IMG/VR virus record: IMGVR_UViG_3300029305_011823
DNA length: 64,000 nucleotides
Strand: one strand, 5' to 3'
Source of the DNA: a virus
Lineage: Duplodnaviria; Caudoviricetes
Every line of letters starts with the position of its first letter. The stretch's first letter is position 1. This document shows, in pieces, positions 59,961 through 64,000 of the stretch. The notes beneath the pieces are model-generated. The model searched no databases. It saw only the letters and a list, made by a program, of their open reading frames with translations, and had not been told where the DNA came from. Position numbers and translations under genes: made by a program.

Positions 59961-62861
59961 TTATTCTACATGTGTAAGATAATCTAATCTAGTTGTACAT
60001 CCATTCATTGTTAAGATATGGATTTTCATCATTCTATTAGCATATGCTTCTGCTAATCCATGTTTAGCCATATCATACATGAACTCTTTTGTATCTTCAC
60101 ACATGTTATGTTCTTTATCCATTAATTCTACTATTGTTTTCTTAACTATTCCGTCAACATCTTTAATAACTTCTAAAGATAATTTATCTTCAAATTCTTC
60201 TACTAATTTAATTTCTTTTTCTGTTAATCCTAATCTCATATTATCTCTTGTTTTCTTAATATTGTATTTAGCTATACGTCTTTCTGAATAACATATTCCT
60301 TTTGATTTCATACTTAAGATAGCATCTTGCATGTTTGTTATTTCTTCAGGATTATCCATGTTAACTAACATGTCATATCTTTGTTCTATTGTGATTACTT
60401 TATATTGAACTCTATTAAATATTTCTGGTTCAAATGTGTCTATATTACTATGCTTATTAACTAATCTAGCTTTTATTCTAGGTTTTATTAATCTTGGATG
60501 ACTTATACAACCTTCTTCTTTAACCATTGAACCGTTATATTTGAATATATCAAATACACTATCTGGTAATATACTATTATATTCCATATAATATTTATTT
60601 AAGATATATTCTTTGATGTCAGTTATTCCTGTGAAATCAGAAGTTTGTATTATGTTTAAGATATTTAATTCTGTATTAGACATTATAGCTTCTAAATCAT
60701 AATAATAAACTATCTTGTTGTCTTGTAACATATCTTCTAATCTATATCCGTTATCTATTAATTCGTCTTTTAATTCAGCTTTAGCTTCTCTTAATAGTTT
60801 TGTCATATGTTCACTTTCTTCTGCAACTGTTAAATAATAATTTGGATCATCTATATCAACATCTTTATTATCTGGTTTCATTAGTTCATAATATTTATCT
60901 AAAGCTTTGTAATAGTTGTTTAATTCATTACCTAGGTTCATTATAACGTTAGGTCTAGCTGGTTTCATATCATCTTCGAATCTGTTTATAATTTGAGCAA
61001 CTACTGGATTTCTGTTTTCAACTGTTCCATATAAATCTTCTGGAATTCTAACTTCTTCATCTATTCTATAAATTGCTTGGAACTCTGATTCAACTTGATC
61101 CATATCATAATCAAATTTGATTAATAGGTGTCTGTATAATGGGAATGCAAATTCACTTGCTTTCCAACCACCTAATATATTCTTAGCATTTACTCTAGGA
61201 CTATAATCTAAATCTATAAAATCACCATTTAGATATGTTCTATATACATCACCTGTTGTATATTCTTCTTCATCTAATACTGTAGGATATCTTGAAGTTA
61301 TTAATTTTGTTAAAGCATCTTCTAAATCATTATATTTTTCTTCAAGTTCTTTTTCTGCTTCATATATTAAATAATCAGCATCTAATTTTTCTTTTTCTTC
61401 TTGTGCTTTTTGTTCTTCAGCTTTTTCTTCAGCTACTAATTTATCATTTATATTTAATAAGTTCATTATATGATCTAATGAGAATTCACTACTCATGTTA
61501 TCTAATTCAGGATCTTCTGCATTAAACATGTTTGTGAAATCATTTGAGAAATCAGCACTGAAGAAATCATCTAAAGATGTTTCTATTACTTCGTTTTCAC
61601 CATTTTGAGATTGTCTATCTATTATCTTTAATTCTGATTCATATCCTCTTACAGAGAATTCACCAAACTCATCATAACAATCTGGAAGATCTTCAACTTC
61701 TTCTTTCTCTTGACTCTCTTCAAACTCTCCTTTTAGTTCTTCATATATTTTATTATATCTAGCATTAGCAAACTTATTGAAATCTTTTATATGACTATCA
61801 ACATTGTACATATTCATTTCTAAAGATGCTAATACGAATGGATATAACATTTCGTCATACTCATCTTTTTCATTTATTATTTCATCTTTAAGTTCATAAT
61901 AATCATCTATAGTTATTCTATCAGCTTTAATCATTTCAGTTATATTGAAGAACATATCTCTTGCTTTATTTATTTTATTATCTATGTCTTCTGGCATTTT
62001 AAATTCTTCTTTCTTTTCTTCCTCTATCTCAACTTTCTCTAATACATCTACATTTATTGTACCATTTTCATCAAATTTGATATATCTATCATTCTCAAGA
62101 TTTTTATTTATGTTCTTTATTATCTCACCATATCCAAATGTATTTCTTAAAGTTGTATATTTAACTTTATTATTGCACTCAGTTTTTGTACATTTTAATT
62201 CTGAATAATCTGATGTATATTCTAATGAACTTCCACATATAGGACATCTTGCAACTTCTTTCCATTCATCGTTTGCTAATTGATATAAATACCCATAATC
62301 TAGAACTACTATATCACCATTCATTCTTTTACCCCAGTTTCCGTAGTTCTTTTCACTTGTCCCCATATCTCCTAAGATATAGAATTTTCTTTCATCATCT
62401 ACTAAAGATTGATCTTCTGCTAATGTACTTAATATTCTTTTTATATAAAATTGACTATCTAAGAATTCTTCTTTATCCATAACTGTAACATATTCACTAA
62501 CTAATATTATTCCATTAGTTTCATATGCTTGAGCTAAATATTTACTTTTATATTTAGCTTGTGCTAATTCATTCATATTATCTATAAATGCTAAATAGTT
62601 ATAAGCTACTTTAATTATATGGTTATCAAGAAGACAAACAAATCTGTTTGTCCCCTCACCAATTCTTCTGTAATCTTTTCTACCTCCAAACTCTTCTGTA
62701 AATATTTTGTCAAATCTTATTGTCTTTTCAACTATACTAATATAATCATTTGAATATATATCATAAACTTTTCTCATAAATTCTTCTGAGAAATTCTTTT
62801 TGATTAAACTTTCAATTTTAACCTCATCAACTTTAACTATTTTTGTTTTCATATATATCAT
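59961..62861 (-). CDS. Protein-kinase-like domain + Zn ribbon + long acidic region (966 aa)
   Basis: IGEGTNR Gly loop, IIKVA Lys, DNMNE, GDMG..NYGNWG catalytic-loop-like segment, LDYGY (DFG-like), then CPIC..CTKTEC. Confidence 0.7.
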   Translation of the reverse strand: MIYMKTKIVKVDEVKIESLIKKNFSEEFMRKVYDIYSNDYISIVEKTIRFDKIFTEEFGGRKDYRRIGEGTNRFVCLLDNHIIKVAYNYLAFIDNMNELAQAKYKSKYLAQAYETNGIILVSEYVTVMDKEEFLDSQFYIKRILSTLAEDQSLVDDERKFYILGDMGTSEKNYGNWGKRMNGDIVVLDYGYLYQLANDEWKEVARCPICGSSLEYTSDYSELKCTKTECNNKVKYTTLRNTFGYGEIIKNINKNLENDRYIKFDENGTINVDVLEKVEIEEEKKEEFKMPEDIDNKINKARDMFFNITEMIKADRITIDDYYELKDEIINEKDEYDEMLYPFVLASLEMNMYNVDSHIKDFNKFANARYNKIYEELKGEFEESQEKEEVEDLPDCYDEFGEFSVRGYESELKIIDRQSQNGENEVIETSLDDFFSADFSNDFTNMFNAEDPELDNMSSEFSLDHIMNLLNINDKLVAEEKAEEQKAQEEKEKLDADYLIYEAEKELEEKYNDLEDALTKLITSRYPTVLDEEEYTTGDVYRTYLNGDFIDLDYSPRVNAKNILGGWKASEFAFPLYRHLLIKFDYDMDQVESEFQAIYRIDEEVRIPEDLYGTVENRNPVVAQIINRFEDDMKPARPNVIMNLGNELNNYYKALDKYYELMKPDNKDVDIDDPNYYLTVAEESEHMTKLLREAKAELKDELIDNGYRLEDMLQDNKIVYYYDLEAIMSNTELNILNIIQTSDFTGITDIKEYILNKYYMEYNSILPDSVFDIFKYNGSMVKEEGCISHPRLIKPRIKARLVNKHSNIDTFEPEIFNRVQYKVITIEQRYDMLVNMDNPEEITNMQDAILSMKSKGICYSERRIAKYNIKKTRDNMRLGLTEKEIKLVEEFEDKLSLEVIKDVDGIVKKTIVELMDKEHNMCEDTKEFMYDMAKHGLAEAYANRMMKIHILTMNGCTTRLDYLTHVE

Positions 62862-63985
62862 TCTCCCTTTCTACCATTTTTATTATTTTCTATAGCTTTC
62901 TCTATCATAGCTTTTGTGATCATAGGTTTACTTGTTTGCTTAGCTTCATTTACGAAATCATCTATATTAGTTCTTTCACTGAACATATCATTTGCTTTAG
63001 AATCAGAACTTAATTCATAAATTTTCTCAGCTAATTTATCATTATTCTTCATGTAATTTAATAATTGACTAGCTTCATTTGGATTTAATTCAAAACCATC
63101 TAAACCTCTATTTAATAATTGATATCCTGTTGCATCACCTATATCTATTGTAGATCCATCAACTCTATTAACATTGTCTGCATTTGAGTTCATGTTTTGT
63201 AAACTTTTCTTAGCTGCATCTGCTATTTCTCTTACATATGCTGATATTTTATTATCCCCTTTTCTCATTCCTGTTCTTTGATCTCTCGCTTCACCAAAGC
63301 TTACATGTTTAGAATCTTTATATAAACTTTCAGCTACTGAGTTCATTGATAATATTTCATCTTCTCTACGTTTAAATCCTTCATTAAATACATAATCTGC
63401 TGCATATTTAACTAAACCTTTAACTGTTGTCTTATCTATTGGATTTTCCATATCATATCCATTGATACCTATTAATTGATATTCTAGATATTTCTCATAA
63501 GCTTCTCTTGATTCTTTATTGTCTTTCATTATACTATCAACTACACTAGAATCATTCTTATACTCTTCCATAAGTTTATCATATTGGAATTGATTTATTA
63601 CTGAAGATATTGTTAAATCATCTATGTCTGTAACATTTACAAAACTAGATTCATAATCTTCTTGATCTAACATCATGTCACTCTTAATATCTTCTAATAT
63701 TCTATAACCTTCAAGTTGTTTATCTGGATCTTTAGATGCGATTAGAGAATTTGCATATTGCTCATAAGATGTGAATCTATCTGTATGTGTGAAACCATTA
63801 ATGTTATCTTTATCTGTTTTATAGAACATTTGTAGGTCTTCTGGTAGGTCTTTGAATTTAGGTGGTGTGCTTTCATACATTGTGAAATCATATCCATCAA
63901 CTTCTATTGCATTTATTTCTTCTTCATATTCTTCCCATATACGTTTACCCATATCTTTTACCATTGCTAATTCGTTTAAGTTCAT
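62858..63985 (-). CDS. Acidic hypothetical protein (375 aa)
   Basis: Complete ORF with a 4-nt ATGA overlap with the kinase-like gene. Confidence 0.75.
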   Translation of the reverse strand: MNLNELAMVKDMGKRIWEEYEEEINAIEVDGYDFTMYESTPPKFKDLPEDLQMFYKTDKDNINGFTHTDRFTSYEQYANSLIASKDPDKQLEGYRILEDIKSDMMLDQEDYESSFVNVTDIDDLTISSVINQFQYDKLMEEYKNDSSVVDSIMKDNKESREAYEKYLEYQLIGINGYDMENPIDKTTVKGLVKYAADYVFNEGFKRREDEILSMNSVAESLYKDSKHVSFGEARDQRTGMRKGDNKISAYVREIADAAKKSLQNMNSNADNVNRVDGSTIDIGDATGYQLLNRGLDGFELNPNEASQLLNYMKNNDKLAEKIYELSSDSKANDMFSERTNIDDFVNEAKQTSKPMITKAMIEKAIENNKNGRKGE

Positions 63986-64000
63986 ACCTCTATCTAATTT

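Noticed and set aside
46290-62482. Short + strand ORFs (46290, 51268, 52556, 53171, 54332, 60079, 61292, 61577, 61945, 62249)
   Set aside because: Antisense to long, well supported minus-strand genes.
1-64000. Stop-codon reassignment
   Set aside because: The standard code gives dense, very long ORFs. TAA, TAG and TGA all end genes next to terminators or RBSs.
1-64000. Bacterial chromosomal surface-protein island
   Set aside because: The LRR proteins lack visible export or anchor signals. Split beta' subunits, a holin and phage-type promoters indicate a jumbo phage.

Overview
AT-rich window from what looks like a jumbo phage of the phiKZ/AR9(PBS1)-like multisubunit-RNA-polymerase type. The host is probably a low-GC Bacillota/Clostridia species (AGGAGG RBSs, clostridial-type ThyA, phiLC3-type holin). 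The first ~42 kb (+ strand) is a putative virion fibre/adhesin locus. It holds three giant proteins (>1830, 3649 and ~4917 aa) made of ~20 capped super-modules of 26-aa DUF285/'BspA-like' leucine-rich repeats, plus an adaptor, a collagen-like fibre, coiled-coil shaft/connector proteins and a holin. The LRR genes have a nucleotide-homogenised framework with variable positions, and exact 1-2-repeat cassettes are copied within and between genes. This suggests a recombination-driven receptor-diversification system. The remaining ~22 kb (mostly - strand) carries folA/thyA, virion structural genes, two split RNAP beta' halves, small early genes (one Tad2-like), a PolB-palm-like mini protein followed by a covarying twin-hairpin element, an unannotated 41-aa secreted-peptide-like gene and a kinase/Zn-ribbon protein. 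Twelve intergenic AACA-N6-TA sites match the AR9-type late promoter consensus, and three TATATTAT-type sites look like early promoters. All family assignments come from motif recognition by eye; no searches were run.
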